The notes under the pieces: model-generated | What the model was told of the DNA's origin: nothing | The model's input: the letters and a program-made list of their open reading frames with translations, nothing else | Databases searched by the model: none | Origin: Eledone cirrhosa | Lineage: Eukaryota | NCBI GenBank assembly: GCA_964016885.1 | Contig: OZ024742.1 | Coordinates: forward strand, 354,702,001 to 354,766,000 | Direction of reading: 5' to 3' | Length of the DNA stretch: 64,000 bases | Shown: positions 28,019 through 42,298 of the stretch, in pieces | Numbering within the stretch: the first letter of the stretch is position 1 | Layout of the letters: each line of letters begins with the position of its first letter | Translations under genes and position numbers: made by a program

Positions 28019-31000
28019 TTCTTCTGGTTTTATATTTCTGCCAATAGAGAGGGAGTCGGTTTCTAGCATAGTTACAAGACTCTCTCATTAGAATTTACAC
28101 AACATCAACTACGTAAATACGTATGCATGTCTGCATGCATGCATGTGTAGATATGGATGTTATTGTATGTGTGGATGTGTATGTTTTCAGTTGTATGTGT
28201 GCTTGTGTGCTTAGTATCTGTACAGGTGTATAATGCAGTTATTAAATGCATCTTTTTTGGAATATTTTACATATATTTACTGTTCCATTAATGGATTGTA
28301 CTTGTAATTTCCTAACTAGTTGTGTTCTTTCTGTTCCTGTGAAGCCCAGCTTCTCAAGATTTGTATTGAGGCAGTTACTAACATATCCCAGTGCCAATAA
28401 TGAAAGGCATAATCTGAATGTATAATCCGGGTGGATTATCTGCAAATTTCTCATCAGTTCTGCATAAACATTCTCCTTTTCGCTAATCTTTGATATTATA
28501 TTGGCGTCTGCTGGGCAGCTAACTTCCACTATTGTGCATGCCTTATTTTCCCTGTCCCATATCATTATATCTGGTCTGTTATGCCTGGATTTTATTGGGG
28601 CTTTTACTGGAAAATTCCAGCAGTACCCTTTCATATTATGTATATGTATGTCTTCTACATTGCTCTAGCTTTTAATGTGTTTATTATCTGGGCTATCCTT
28701 TTCTACGGATTGCATTATCCATTGTTTTCTCCACTACATCTTGCCTCTTCATTAGATAGTACCGCGATGACATCTTTTTACTAATATGGAGAGGAGCCGG
28801 TTTCTAACATACTCAACATACTCTATCAATGAAATTTAGACAATATTAACTGGGTAAGTATTTATGTATATTTTTGTTTTTCTGTGTTGTCATGTATTGA
28901 TGTATTGGCATATATTTGTGTTATTGCATATATGGATCTATCTGTTTGAATGTTCTTCTGGTTTTATAATTTCCAAAAGTTTTACCAATAGAGAGAGAGT
29001 CGGTTTCTAACATAGACACAAGACTCTCTCATTGGAATTTACACAACATAAACTAGGTAGATATGTATGTATGCATGCATGTGGAGATATGGATGTTATT
29101 GTATGTGTGGATGTGGATGTTTTGAGTTGTATGTGTGCATGTGTATATGCTTTGTATCTGTACATGTGTATATGCAGTTATTAGATGCAACATTTTTGGA
29201 ATGTTTTACATATTTTTACTGTTCCATTAATGGATTGTACTTGTAATTTCCTAACTAGTTGAGTTATTTCTGTTCCTGTGAAGCCTAGCTTCTCAAGATT
29301 TGCATTGAGGCAGTTACTAACATATCCCAGTGCCCCAAGAGAAGGAACTCCTCGATTCCCTGTGTGATAATCACAAACTCACACCCAGGGATGTCGCTCA
29401 GCAGTATGGCAGTGAATACACGTATGAAAGACTGCATGTCTATCAGCAGAAAATCATGCATGGATATGTTGCCAGGTAGCTCCAGAGTGAGAGTAATATA
29501 GATAAGGAAAGTAGTCTATCTTGGACCAACAACCGCTATATTGCCACCCACTTCGAAGGGTACGCTTTTGCAATCCAGGAACAGGAGATTAGCACGAAAT
29601 ACCTGATTCACAAAAGATATAGGGATGCAGGCAAAACACCTAGATGTGATAACAAGTGCAGACTCTGCAGAACTAACATCGAGGATATCACCCATGTCAT
29701 CAGCAGCTGTCCAAAGATGTCATTGCGGTACTATCTAACTATGAGGCATGATGTAGTGGCCAAAATACTGTACAATGCAGTTCGTAAAAAAGATAGCCCC
29801 GATAATAAACACATTAAAAACTACAGCAATCTGGAAGACATCCATGTACATAATATGAAAGAGTACTGGTGGAATGTTCCAGTAAAAAGCCCAATAAAAT
29901 GCAGGCATAACAGACCAGGTATGATGATATAGGATAGGGAGAAGAAAGCATGCAGAGTAGTGGAAATTAGCTGCCCAGCAGATGCCAATATAATATCAAA
30001 GATTAGTTTAAAGGAGAACATTTATGCAGAACTGATGAGAAATCTGCAGATACTCCACCCTGATTATAACTTTAGACTGTTTCATGCAGATAGACTTGCT
30101 CGAGAAACGGGCTCCTACGCTTTGAGGCTCGTAGATGTTGTTGGAGACATATGATGCGACATTAAAATATTGTCTGGACTGATGTTAGGCCTCTGCCTCC
30201 CTGCTTACGTTTCAAGTAAAGGCGGTCTATGTCACTCTTGATGTGGAAGTTTCCGGTGTTGTTCAGTATTTTTCGCGTTCCAACATCAACTGCTCGTATT
30301 TCGTCTATCGTCCAATCGAGTATTCCAAACGTTGGTGTTAGGAAAAGCACAGCAAACACATTGTGAACCAATGTTTTGTTTTGTGCAGAGAGTTCCGATG
30401 TCCAGATCTTTCTTAATCGGGTGTAGTATTCCTTGGTTACGCGTTCTTTATTACAGATACCATTATAGGATATTTCCTCATCTATCCCCAGATATCTGTA
30501 GCAGTCCTCATCAGATATCGGTGAAACAGTTAGGCCATTGATGACAATGTTGCTAGATTGGGTTATTGTTTTTCCCCGCTTTACAGTAATGTATGAGCAT
30601 TTATCTTGGCCAAACTCCATTCCTATATCCTTTGAGAAAGTTGTAACCAGGTCATGATTTTTCTTCATCCCATCCATGTTCTTCGCATAGAGTTTCAGAT
30701 CGTCCACAAAGAAATTATGGGCTAGGTTCGTATTTCTGTCCTCCTGTGAGCCAATGATGTACCCCTCACATTTCTTGAGCAAAAAGGACAAGGGGTATAA
30801 TGTCAAGATGAATATCATAGAGAGACCGTCCCCCTGAAATATACCCCTGCAATATTTTATTTTATCAGTGAAAATAGAGTCCTCCCTCTCTGTCTTTAAC
30901 CTTAGGATAGTAGCCCAAGAAGAAGACAGCATATCTATGGCTCTGACAATAATGTCTGAGACTTTAGCAAGTTGGAGGGCCTCTATCATCAAAGAGTGGG

Positions 31001-31860
31001 GAACAGAATCAAAAGCTTTCCTATAGTCCACCAGACTGTAGTCATATTCCTGCTAAGTTGTCGCACCTCCGACATCGCAGTTTTGTTGATTAGGAGTTGT
31101 TCAGTACATCCCCAAACCCCTTTCTTTCCAGCTACTTGTTCATCTGTGATGATGTTATTATTTTCACAGTGATATTGGAGGAATAGGTTCACTCAGGCTG
31201 TATACAACTTATACATCAGGTTCTGGCATGCAATGGGTCGGTAGTTTTTTGCCAAGTGGGTGTCTTTGTTCTTGGGGAACAGTCATGTTTGTGCTAATGT
31301 CAACCATACTGGTATAAGTGTATCTTCCTTAAGAACTTGTTGGTAGAGGTCAGTAAGATACCTCCGATAGAATATCAGTTTTTTGTACCAGTAACCGACA
31401 ATCATGTCTCTTCCTGGTGTTTTCTTATCTTGGAGTTTTCCTATCACAGTCTCAAGGGTACCCTCACTTATTTCGTATGTTTTTGTTGTAGTGTAGGAGC
31501 AATAGTTCTCTCGGATGTCTCTTAGCCACACTGCATCTTGGTTGACATTTTTCTTTTCACCCCATATTTTTCTCCAAATGGAATCTATGTCTTTCTGGGA
31601 TGGGGCCTCAGTGACACTAATTATTTTGCCCTTCATATCTCTATAGACTAATGTTTGGTTTCGTCTGAATCTTTTATTAAGCACTTCTACCTTCTGCAGG
31701 TATCGGCGTTTTTCGCTAACAGCTCTCAATTCTTGTTTGAGGGTGATCAGCTTACATTGGGGAGTTCTGGTTCTACTGTTACCACACATCGTCTCTATTT
31801 TATTTTTCACTCTTTGTTGTTGCAACATCATAATTATCCCTGCTTATTCTGGTTCTGAAA
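28019..31860 (-). mobile_element. R4/Dong-like non-LTR retrotransposon (RT + RLE endonuclease); duplicated 3' end and internal inversion 29339-30083
   Basis: RT: NYRPIAC, DYRKAFDSVPH, RGIFQGDGLS, FVDDLKLY, YRYLG, LYLKRKQGGRGL. CCHC CRLC...HVISSC, RHD, and NRPD..I.D...VEVSCP (RLE). Confidence 0.9.
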
Positions 31861-31959
31861 ATCGCGATTTCTCAATATTTGTACTGAGGTGAGGATGCGG
31901 CAAGTAATAACATATTACAGAGCCTCAATAGTTACATATAAAGGTAAAGCCAGGCTGGA

Positions 31960-32660
31960 GTATCTGCAGGCTACTTCTTATTTCAGCATAATGTTTCTTC
32001 TTTTCACTAATCGAAAACATCTACTGGGCAGCTGAATTCCACATCTGTGCATGTCATCTTTTCTCTGCCCTATTTCACTATATTTGGTATGTCATTGTTA
32101 CATTTTATTGTTATTTTGACTGGCATATTCCACCTGTACTAGTTCATAATATGTATCATTATGCCATCCATTCACATCATTGTAACTTGGTATAATTGTA
32201 TTCCCAGGATTACACTTTCTACGGATTTCTTTTTATAATGGTTTGGCCATAATCATGCCTCATAGATATAGAGTATCGTGGTAACAATTGCTTATGATAT
32301 GGATGACAGCCTAAATGTTTATTCAAATCTGTTGTCAAATCTAGGTGTTTTCCCTGCATACTTTTCTCTGTCGTGTATCTGGTATTTTGCTATTTCCTGA
32401 TCATTTATTGCAAATGTATATCCGTCAATATGAGAGCCGTCATACCGGATGTTCGGTCAAGATAGACTGTTTGGTTTATGTATATGATTTCCCCTTGGAT
32501 GCTTAGGCATATAGCCATACATGCGATTTGAAAGATTAGAATGCAGTGTTTCCTCTATGGATTCATTGACGTATTGCTGTGCAATTTCCTTGGGTGCGAG
32601 AGTTTGATTATCATACAGGGATTATTTCTCCGAGAGCTGTTTTCAAACTCCTATGATGTT
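31960..32660 (-). mobile_element. older RLE-LINE C-terminal remnant of the same clade
   Basis: Minus-strand remnants of GYTFAINDQEI, RHD and VEFSCPVD. Confidence 0.6.
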
Positions 32661-35216
32661 ATCTGCTTCATGTTGAAAGACATCCGCAACAGATGGGCTT
32701 CTACGTTTGGGGGTAGGTAGATGCTGTGGAGGGGATATGATGAGGCATATTCTTTGGATCGATGTTATGTCTTTCTCTCACTGTTCATCATTCTGTTAGG
32801 GGCGGTCTATGGCACTGTTGATGTGCAAATTTCCGGTGTCAGTCAGAATGTTCGGGATCAAACATCAATGGGTCAGATCTTATTTTGCGTTTATTCAAGT
32901 AGTCCAAATGTTGATGCTAGCATACGCACAGCAAATACGCAGAGCGTTCAGAAGATCATATTCATTTTATTCGGATGTTATATTTTCTGGTTTCTAGGTC
33001 CTTGTTACCAATACGATCATAGTATATATTTGGATTTGTCCTTAAGCTATGTAGCACTCAACGTCAGATTCTTATGAAACACTCAGATTATTGATAAATA
33101 TATTGTTAGATTGACATATATTGTTTCTGTATGTGAGTGATGTCAAACAATTATAAGGATTAGAATGTTGATGAAATATTATTTTCAGCTTGAAGAGCTA
33201 CGAAATGAATATAGACTTCCAATGAAGAGTTTTACTTAAAGAAATGGATAATTACCATGAAATAGAAAAGAAATTAATATAAATGTTACATAGGAAAGCT
33301 CAAATAGTTCGTTTGTTTATATGAGAATGTTTCAGCTCCTCATCTGAAAATACGGTAATATCATGTATTAATACACTAAGTAAAATATTACTTTACATTA
33401 TTTGGTTTTATTTACCATCATTTGCCCTTCATATTGTCTACCGTATTTTACCAGATGTTAAAAGATTTATCGATGATTTACTACATATCTCACTCTGCTC
33501 CGTATTAAATACACTACTCTAAAATAAATAAATAATAATAATAATATATTACATAAGTAGTTCTAATTTGTTTTAAATTTTAAATACTATAGTTATCGGT
33601 TCTGATGTTTTCATTGATTCGTACAGTAAAACTGGTATGTGCTACTTCATCATATCTACTATTGCTACTAGTAGGTATATATAAGCATACATCTAATGTC
33701 TTTTTCACTCAATTCTTTCAATTCATTGTTTAGTCAATATATGTAGAAATATTAAATATGATATGTATGCAGCCTGCATTAATTGTGATATATTCCCGGT
33801 ACAAACTGAGGTTAAACATTATAATAAGTGTGGATTGTCGTAGAAAAACAAGTCGGATTTGATTTCTTTTTAATGAACATGCTGACATTAATTAAATCCG
33901 TCGAAATTGTAATTTTCTTGAGAAAGGATTGAACATGACATAATGTCATTCTTCTCTTCAACAACCTTGACATTGTGTCAGTCGTGGTCGTATTGTTGCC
34001 GGCAACACAAGTGATACTGTTGACAAATCACCACTACCATGACTACCAACGTTATTTCTTTCTAATTCTAGAAAGCGTTCACAATATAAGTTTGAAATCA
34101 AAGGAAACGGAGAGGAATTCCAGCTAGATCCTGTCAACAAAATCTCTATACGGTATACATAACGGTAAGTCTCCAGTTCCCGAATGGCTAAATATCAGCA
34201 ACGGGCACATTAGAGTCATGGCCTGGATGCAGCCTGCTCCCTTTCCCTAGAATGTAAGGGGTTAAGGACTGAAACATTAGCTTAATTGGGGTACCTTCTC
34301 CGAAGACCTGCTGTCCAGCTCGCTTGAAAGTCTCTTACCTCTATATATAATGTGTGTTACAGCCACAGATTTAAATTACAGTTTTCTTTTAAAATCCGAT
34401 TTTTGTGAACATATATCATGCTCTATGAAGCACGTCACTATGCCACATTCAGAAAATATATCTAAATAACACATAACAATATTAGAGAAAAAGAGTATTG
34501 ATTAAATATATTATTTGGATGATTTAACAGATTTTAAGAATTTTTTTTCAACTGGTTTTCTATGATTTCCACTACATGTTCCTTTACAGAACAATAGACA
34601 ATGGAAATGGTGCAGCCACTGTATTCACAATTTAATACTGTCGTCTGGAATATTCATTGAAACATTTAACTTTGTATTTCTACTTCTCAGCTGTTTCGAA
34701 CGCCATTACATATTTTGGTATTTTGTTGAAGTTCACAAATTAACGTGATAATGTGATATTTCGGCATCTAGTTTGAAATTAAAAGCTTTAAATAAAGGAA
34801 ATTTGACATAATTATTCGATATATTCTCATTTATCACAGTTTCTATCTTAGTCTCCTCAAGTGTTAATTGAACACAGACGAAAAATGTTGGCTATAATTA
34901 AAGAGCCAAAATAAATGTTTAATTACTAACTTTGATGCCAATATCAACATCATTTCGAATCACTTTGGAATGCATTTGTGGAGTTCATTTAAATCTATAC
35001 AACTATATATAACCTCTTATATAATCGCTTTTGTTTCCTGTTTAATTAGGAAATGTACCTTACATAATATTGTACTAAATATGTGTCTCATATGTGTAAT
35101 ATATGGTGTGGGGATGTATTATTTTACGTTATTACTAGATGGATTTGGACTAGAATATCAGAGTGATGTGTTTGAAACTGTATATGTTTATTTAAAAAGA
35201 CCAATCATAGTAGGGG

Positions 35217-35372
35217 AGGCGCATGGCTTAGTGGTTATGCTTGTAATCGAACGGTTGTGAGTTAAATTCTCGGAACGGGTGATGTGTTGTTTCCTTGAGC
35301 AAGATACTTTATTCACGTGTCTCCAGTTTACTCAGCTGTAGAAATGAGATGATAGGACTGGGGTCCCTATCA
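35217..35372 (+). mobile_element. second tRNA-derived SINE family (decayed)
   Basis: ggcgcatggcttagtggtta (A box), gagttaaattctc (B-box-like), ccttgagcaagatacttt...actcagctgtagaaatgag. A related inverted copy lies at ~48280-48485. Confidence 0.65.
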
Positions 35373-36200
35373 TTAAATCACCCAAGATACCTCCAACGAG
35401 ATATACCTTGGAGGAGGCCAGCTAAACATGCATAGGTGTGAGCTGTAACAACAACCACTCATAGTAGGATAGCGGGGCATAAAAGGTTTCACTATTGTGT
35501 TCTGATTAATGAACCGAGCTGAACAGCTGAACACAGCTGACGATACCTGTGATATATATGTATATATAATCGTTTCTGATTTAAGCAGATGCAATACTTA
35601 TAAATCAAAGTTGTAGCCGGAGTATAGCAGATGCCAGTCGAATTGTTTGAGGCAGCCACAAACCACTGAATGGTAAGGAAATGTAATGCATTTTTGCCAT
35701 AAGTAGACACCATATAAGGAAGGTGTGACACCAAGAATGAATCATCTTAATGCATGCATGAGGCCATAGTTAATACCACGATAGCGAGGAATACAAACAA
35801 ATATTATATAAGACTTATATATATATATATATATCTGAGCAACGATTATTGCAATAATCGTTTGAAAAAGTACTATTTCCATCATATATGAAGTGTTGTT
35901 ATAGAAACAGTAAACCTGTATACTCTGATGCATCATGGTAAGCAGTAAAGAACATAACATTTGAAAATATGAGTCAGCTAGTAATAATTTCAATGTCAAT
36001 ATGCATATATGCAAGTTTAAAACCATCCTTTCTCTCATATTTTTAAATATGAGAGAATTTAAACTTACTCTCACTAGAACAACTTACTTGATGTAGTTAA
36101 ATTCTTCATTAATTCCAAACATGCAAGGGTGAAAAAGAAAAAAAACGGAATATTTTAAATTTATAAAATGCCATGCATTTATACACACACACAGGTGCAC

Positions 36201-36348
<148 letters not shown>

Positions 36349-36599
36349 TTTGTCGTTTCTATTATCAGGGGTGAAATCCCCTACAAAATGAGGATTATAT
36401 GTAAATCATAATAGTGGAAATGCACAGAAGTGTAAGATATATCTCATTCTTTAATCCAACAAAAATATTCTATGTTTGAAATATTAATAAGGTTTTATCA
36501 AATATTTTTATAAATCCCATAAATAATTTTATAAACAAATATTTTATTTACTTCAATACACTTTGTTTTCATATTATTATTTTCGGTACTTTTTGAGAT

Positions 36600-37330
36600 G
36601 TGGGTGAATTACATGCCGTATTGTGGCTATTAAATTGGTTTTCTTGGTGTTTACTTCACAGTTTTGTTAGCGGTGCATAGTCATGCATTTCCGCATTTGT
36701 GAATAATGAAACCGACGATTTGCTGATGATTTTTGCTAAAAATAAGTACACCCTTCAGTGTTTTGGGCTATCATTTATATTTGATGATTTGTAGTTTTAC
36801 TAGGTATATCTGTTTCATTTTATGATCTTTACATGGAATGGAAACGTTTTGTGAAGGTGGTCAAATTAGTTGACATTTAGTGGGTTAAAGATGGACACAT
36901 ATTGCACATTCTCCTCGTAACTGTTTTGTTTCACTTAGGTTTTGAATATCATCAATACGATGTGAAGAGGAGATACTGTTTGACACAAGAACGTGGGTTT
37001 ATAGAGAATGGCTGGTTCCATTCATCCATCAGTGTACAACAATGAAATATTTACGAAACATACTTTCTTGTCGATAAATTCCATCGTCAATTAAATATTT
37101 AAATCACTTGTCAGATTTCCGATTACTGTAGATGTTTTAATATTTCCCTTCCATGAGAGAAGTAAGTCATCCAAATATATATGTCCAGTTGTTTTATAAA
37201 ATACTTAAAATATATCACCAAATGCTTGTTGTGATGGATTGTATATCTTCTTGGGGTTATTAAATTGGTGTGTGTCGGTCCAAACGTCATTCATATAATC
37301 TGAATTTATGATAACCACAGTGCTACTTTT
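36600..37330 (-). mobile_element. highly decayed PLE RT fragment
   Basis: Minus frames give YLDDLLLSW (~37150-37185) and YKPT (~36993-37004). Confidence 0.45.
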
Positions 37331-37689
37331 ATCAGCTTATTTAATTGGGATTTCAATGTCTTCTTGTAAATCAATTAACATTCTTCATTCTCGTTTTGCG
37401 AAATTTGATTTAATATTTCTATTTCAAATATTATTTTCAAAGGAAAAAATCATTACGTTCTCACAGTCGGAATCCAAGTCATCATTCATTCAGTTCTTTG
37501 GACGGAAGTCATTTTAATTTCTAACTAGTGATTCGTCATTTTTGACATTTGTATCCGGTTAGTTTGAATTTAGGTGTGTCATTGTATTTATCTCAGGAAT
37601 GTTTAATTTTTGTCGGTCTACTGTAAATTTCAGTCGCTTGACATATTTAGTTAGGCCTTCCTAATTGATGCCTTATATATATAAAGAGT

Positions 37690-38400
37690 ATAATGAGTGA
37701 AAGGATTATTTTGGGGATGAAACTAGGTCAAGTCGGTAAAAGGTACACGAACATTTGATGTTATAAAAGAATAATGCTAATGTAAATATCTAAGGAGAAT
37801 AACATTTTAGGATAAATTGATCGTAAAATTTTATTCTCCTTAAATATTTACATTAGCATTATTCTTTTATAACATCAAATGTTCGTGTACCTTTTACCGA
37901 CTTGACCTAGTTTCATCCCCAAAATAATCCTTTCTATATACTCTTTCCATTCAAAACTGAAATCTGCTTTTCTCTACCCCTAAATTAAAGTTCAATTACT
38001 ACTATTCTACCATCTTGACCACTTACTACCTTTCTATTGGTCAATTCAAAACCTGTTCCCAAACAGGCCTATTATATTAAATCTTTGTTGATTTTTTCAA
38101 TAAACAAATATCATTATTTCTGAAGACTGCATATATATGTGTAGGTATGTATATTCCCTCTGATAGTTTGTAAACATTTTACATAGATCTATATATATAT
38201 ACATACCAACACACACATATATATCCTAGAAACGATCGTAAAATGATGAATTTTTTTATATAAGGAACTGTTTCTTTGTGTTTATTCATTATTTTTATTA
38301 ATTTATCTTGACACTGTTTTCCTGTATTTTTCATCGGAAAAAAGAATTTTTGAATACATCTTCTCTTTTCATGATATTCGGATTACATTGAGTTCTTCAT
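37690..38400 (+). mobile_element. PLE pseudo-LTR with 5' inverted arm (same family as the UTR at 1-200)
   Basis: 37829-38013 is the reverse complement of 1-195. 37699-37810 is an inverted copy of 37829-37934. Confidence 0.8.
38111..38249 (+). ncRNA. type I hammerhead motif with ~100-nt stem II
   Basis: tcattattt CTGAAGA ...atatatatgtgt...acacatatatat... GAAA cgatcg TA aaatgatga; 9-bp stem I. Confidence 0.7.
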
Positions 38401-38431
38401 ACGGATGTTTGTACATTTTGGTAGATTTTTC

Positions 38432-38496
<65 letters not shown>

Positions 38497-38528
38497 ATTT
38501 TTGTCGGTCTACTGTAAATTTCAGTCGC

Positions 38529-38577
<49 letters not shown>

Positions 38578-38578
<1 letters not shown>

Positions 38579-38784
38579 AGGAACGAGTAGGACCACGACG
38601 GCTGAGCTCAAGCCGTTTCGACGGCTAATTCTGGACTGATTTTTAGTCCAGAATTAGCCGTCGAAACGGCTTGAGCTCAGCCGTCGGAGTTCTACTCGTT
38701 CCTATTACCCATTCTACTACCCTAAGTATTGAGTACTTTGATGCGTTAAGGACCATCTGGTTACTTACCACATTTCCTTCGTTT

Positions 38785-38785
<1 letters not shown>
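38578..38785 (-). repeat. foldback element, copy C
   Basis: Arms 38578-38638 / 38644-38705; between (TA)n runs. Confidence 0.8.
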
Positions 38786-38823
<38 letters not shown>

Positions 38824-38919
38824 TATCAATTAGGAAGGCATAACTAAATATTTTAAGCGACTGAAATTTATAGTAGACCGACAAAAATGTATATATATAT
38901 ATATAAATATATATATATT

Positions 38920-39805
38920 TAATGTATAATAAACAATACAATATAATTACCTCATTGCCAGAAGTTTCCCGAATAAGACGAATACAAGAAACGTCCTCAT
39001 TCGTTCGTCGGACAAGGCAATTTAAAACATAAGGAAAAATTTGAAAAATCTCCTCAAGAAAGGCAAAAGCTTAACGGACCAAAAAATAGATAAATAAAAG
39101 TAATGCAAGAGATATATAAGAATAAAATAAGGAAATATATTTAGTGTATGTGTATAAATGTGTGTATATTCACTCACAAATGTACATATGTGTGTATGTA
39201 CAAATGCATGTGTATAGTGAAAGAATGTGTGCGTAAGTACACATATGAGGGCAATCATATCAATGTATGTGTGACCACAAATACGTATATAATATATGTT
39301 GAAAAAGAAAGTGTAAGACGATAGAGTTAACGTACATCCAGACTCAGGTATTAAGGATTGAAATATATACACATACAAGTATGAAAGCACGTATATAAAC
39401 ACACACATACGCGCGACCACATAGATGCGAGTGATATATACAGGGAAGGCAGTGTATCAGTCAAAGCAGTGTCAGTCTGAAGGTAGATACATATAAAAAA
39501 TGAAAACATGAAAAAATATATGAGAATAAAAAAATAAAAAAAATTAAGTCAAAGAGAAAGTAAGAGGGAGGGGTTATCAATTATAAGTAACACCAGAAAA
39601 AATAGAAAACAAACATAGGTTCGTACGTACACACATATATATATAAATATATATATATAAATACGTACAGACAAAGGTACAGACAAGCGTACATACATAC
39701 AAAGGCGCGCATACATACACCCGAAGCACACATATATATAGGCACATGTATATCTAAATCACACGCATGCACACGACTATATATATACTTATACACATAC
39801 ATATG

Positions 39806-39875
<70 letters not shown>

Positions 39876-41866
39876 CATACATACAAACGTATATATAAGT
39901 ATGTAAAAAACATAGATATACAAACACACATACACACACACATATACACACACGCGCGCACATTCGAATGCCTTCTTATACATATACAAACACGCATACA
40001 CACACATGCACGCTCACACGCATAGATACACATTAAAAACCAGCCGTATGAATAAATGAGTCCCAATTATACTCAATAAACAACCATAAAAGCGGCCGTG
40101 AGACAACAAAATATATCTGAAGTTGAAAACACAAGTGACATGTGATATTAGGTAGTGAAAGAAAATGGGGAAGTAAAACGTGTGGAATTCTGAAGATATA
40201 AGGTAAGTGAATCAAAAAGCAGAGGGGGTGGGGGGGGGGGGGGGGGGGTCACTGGTGCATGTGATGTAAAAATAAAGGTAAAAGTAAAAATAAACCTAAA
40301 TCAGAAAGAGAAGTATGTAACGAGTGTAATTTAAGGAAAGTGAAGAACAAGAGTTTACGGAGGATAAGTATCTGAAAGTAAGTGTGATTTCATGTGTGAG
40401 CAACTGGTGAAAATTTCTGTTTTTTGCATTTAGGCAGGTTTTTTGGTGATTTAAGGTTTTGTAAAATCCAATATTTTTCACTTATGCAGAGTGCGCATCT
40501 TCTTGTTCCTCTTGTATATTCTTTAGATTGGTTCAAAATTGACCAATCTAATTTATATTGGATACCTTGGTCTTTCAAATCCCATATTCTGTTAGCCAGA
40601 GCTGTTGTAAATCTTTTTTTCAGGATGTCGGAAAGATGCAACATGTGAGTAATAACGCGTTTTAATTATCTTGTGTCATACCTATATATCGTTCGCTGGT
40701 GGCTGATAGGTTGTTGCTGGTGGTTGTCACTTTAGCCGCATATACAATGGCTTTGGAGTTGCATTTGACTTGTAATGGACATTCACTTTTGATTCTACAG
40801 GAGCAATTTTGATGTTCTCTGGGTATTTTCTTATTGAGGATATAAGATTTAATAGGTGGACCGCAGGAGTAGCTGATTTTGACAAAGTTTCTATTGAAGA
40901 TCTTATAGTATCTATGTGTTCTAGGGAAATGTTTTGCCTATATTAATTTTAACTGCTAAAGAGTAGAGGGGTGTGAACCAGATTATTTTTCTTTTTCTAT
41001 TATTATGTTTAAAGGAGTTAGTATTGTTGTGTATGTACATATTCGATTCGCTAAATCCACTATTTTGAAGCGCTTTATTATAGTAGGGTGATGCCTTATT
41101 GAAAATAGCTTCTGAGGAAGACAGGATGGAGATCCTACGGCTAATATTAGGGATAATGGTTTTAAAAATTATAGATGGTACGACCCTTTATTTATATATT
41201 TTAAATTGTCATTAGGTTTATGGTACAGTTTATAAGAAGCAGCAGGTCTATCTAGATTTATATCTAGAAATTTAACATTGGAAAGTTTAGTGTTAATGGT
41301 AATTTTAAGATTAAAACTAGCGAAGGTTTTTATTAAGTCTTTCCTTAATCTATCTAAGTTATGACATATGGTGGTATGGGAAAGTATTATACCATCGTCG
41401 CGATAAAGCCCAAAGGTATGGTTAGCGAATTTCTCTTTAAGTGTGTGTAGGAGGAATAGGCCAACTAAATCACACACGTCAGCCCTGTCAAAAAGAACCC
41501 ATTGAGACATCGAATGGGCTCTCTGGGTTAGATATTTTTACCCAAGTTTCATTATTAGTAAAAGGTAGAGTGTTTCTAGCATGCAAAATGACATTCACTT
41601 CAATATCAGAAATATTGATAAACTTTCTAGCGAAATTTAAGGTTTTCGTTAAAAGAGTGTGAGTAATAGACGGGTAAATGTCTACAATGTCATATTGGGT
41701 GAATCTAGAACTATATTTATCTTTAATATTATTAAACCAATGTAATACGGAAGTGCTATTTATCCATTGGAGTAATTCAGACGTACTTCTAATATGTTTG
41801 TTTATAATATTTAATATTTTTTTGCTAGCAAGACCGATTTCAGACTTAGCAGGGTTGATTAAACAT

Positions 41867-41870
<4 letters not shown>
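38920..41870 (-). mobile_element. Penelope-like element (Nematis-like), RT+EN+long 3' UTR
   Basis: LINPAKSEIG, QYDIVDIYPSI, FDVSMGSF, GLYRDDG, FLDINLD, YHKPND. EN: CSCRIKSECPL...VY...RYIG...TALANRIWDLK...CALCISEK. Confidence 0.9.
38945..39022 (-). ncRNA. hammerhead-like motif with CCGACGA core in the PLE 3' UTR (cleavage triplet degenerate)
   Basis: Minus: aattgccttgt CCGACGA a-cgaatgaggacg...cgtcttattcg-g GAAA cttctg GC aatgaggtaatt. Confidence 0.45.
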
Positions 41871-41920
<50 letters not shown>

Positions 41921-41934
41921 ATGTTTAACCAATA

Positions 41935-42229
41935 CTGAACAAGGATAGACATCATTTGGATTACTCCATCAAGAATATCCCAACACCTTCTAACACTTCC
42001 AACACTGAAATGCTGATCGACAGAGTAGAGAAAGTTGTTAAAAGAATGAGATGGAAAGCTTTCATTTTCGATGGACACTTTAACATGGACTCTACAGAAT
42101 ATTTTGATATCAAGTCTCATACCAGCAAAGAGTAAAATATATGACCGCTTTTGAACTAGACTTAGTTAATTTAATCAACCAAATCAAATTCCGTAAGTAT
42201 TCTATCCCTTTTCAATCTAAACTATCTAA

Positions 42230-42232
<3 letters not shown>
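41935..42232 (+). mobile_element. PLE N-terminal coding fragment, inverted relative to 38920-41870
   Basis: YSIKNIPTPS...LIDRVEKVVKRMRWKAFIF...AFELDLVNLINQIKFRK...FQSKLSND. Confidence 0.8.
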
Positions 42233-42285
<53 letters not shown>

Positions 42286-42298
42286 TTAGATAGTTTAG

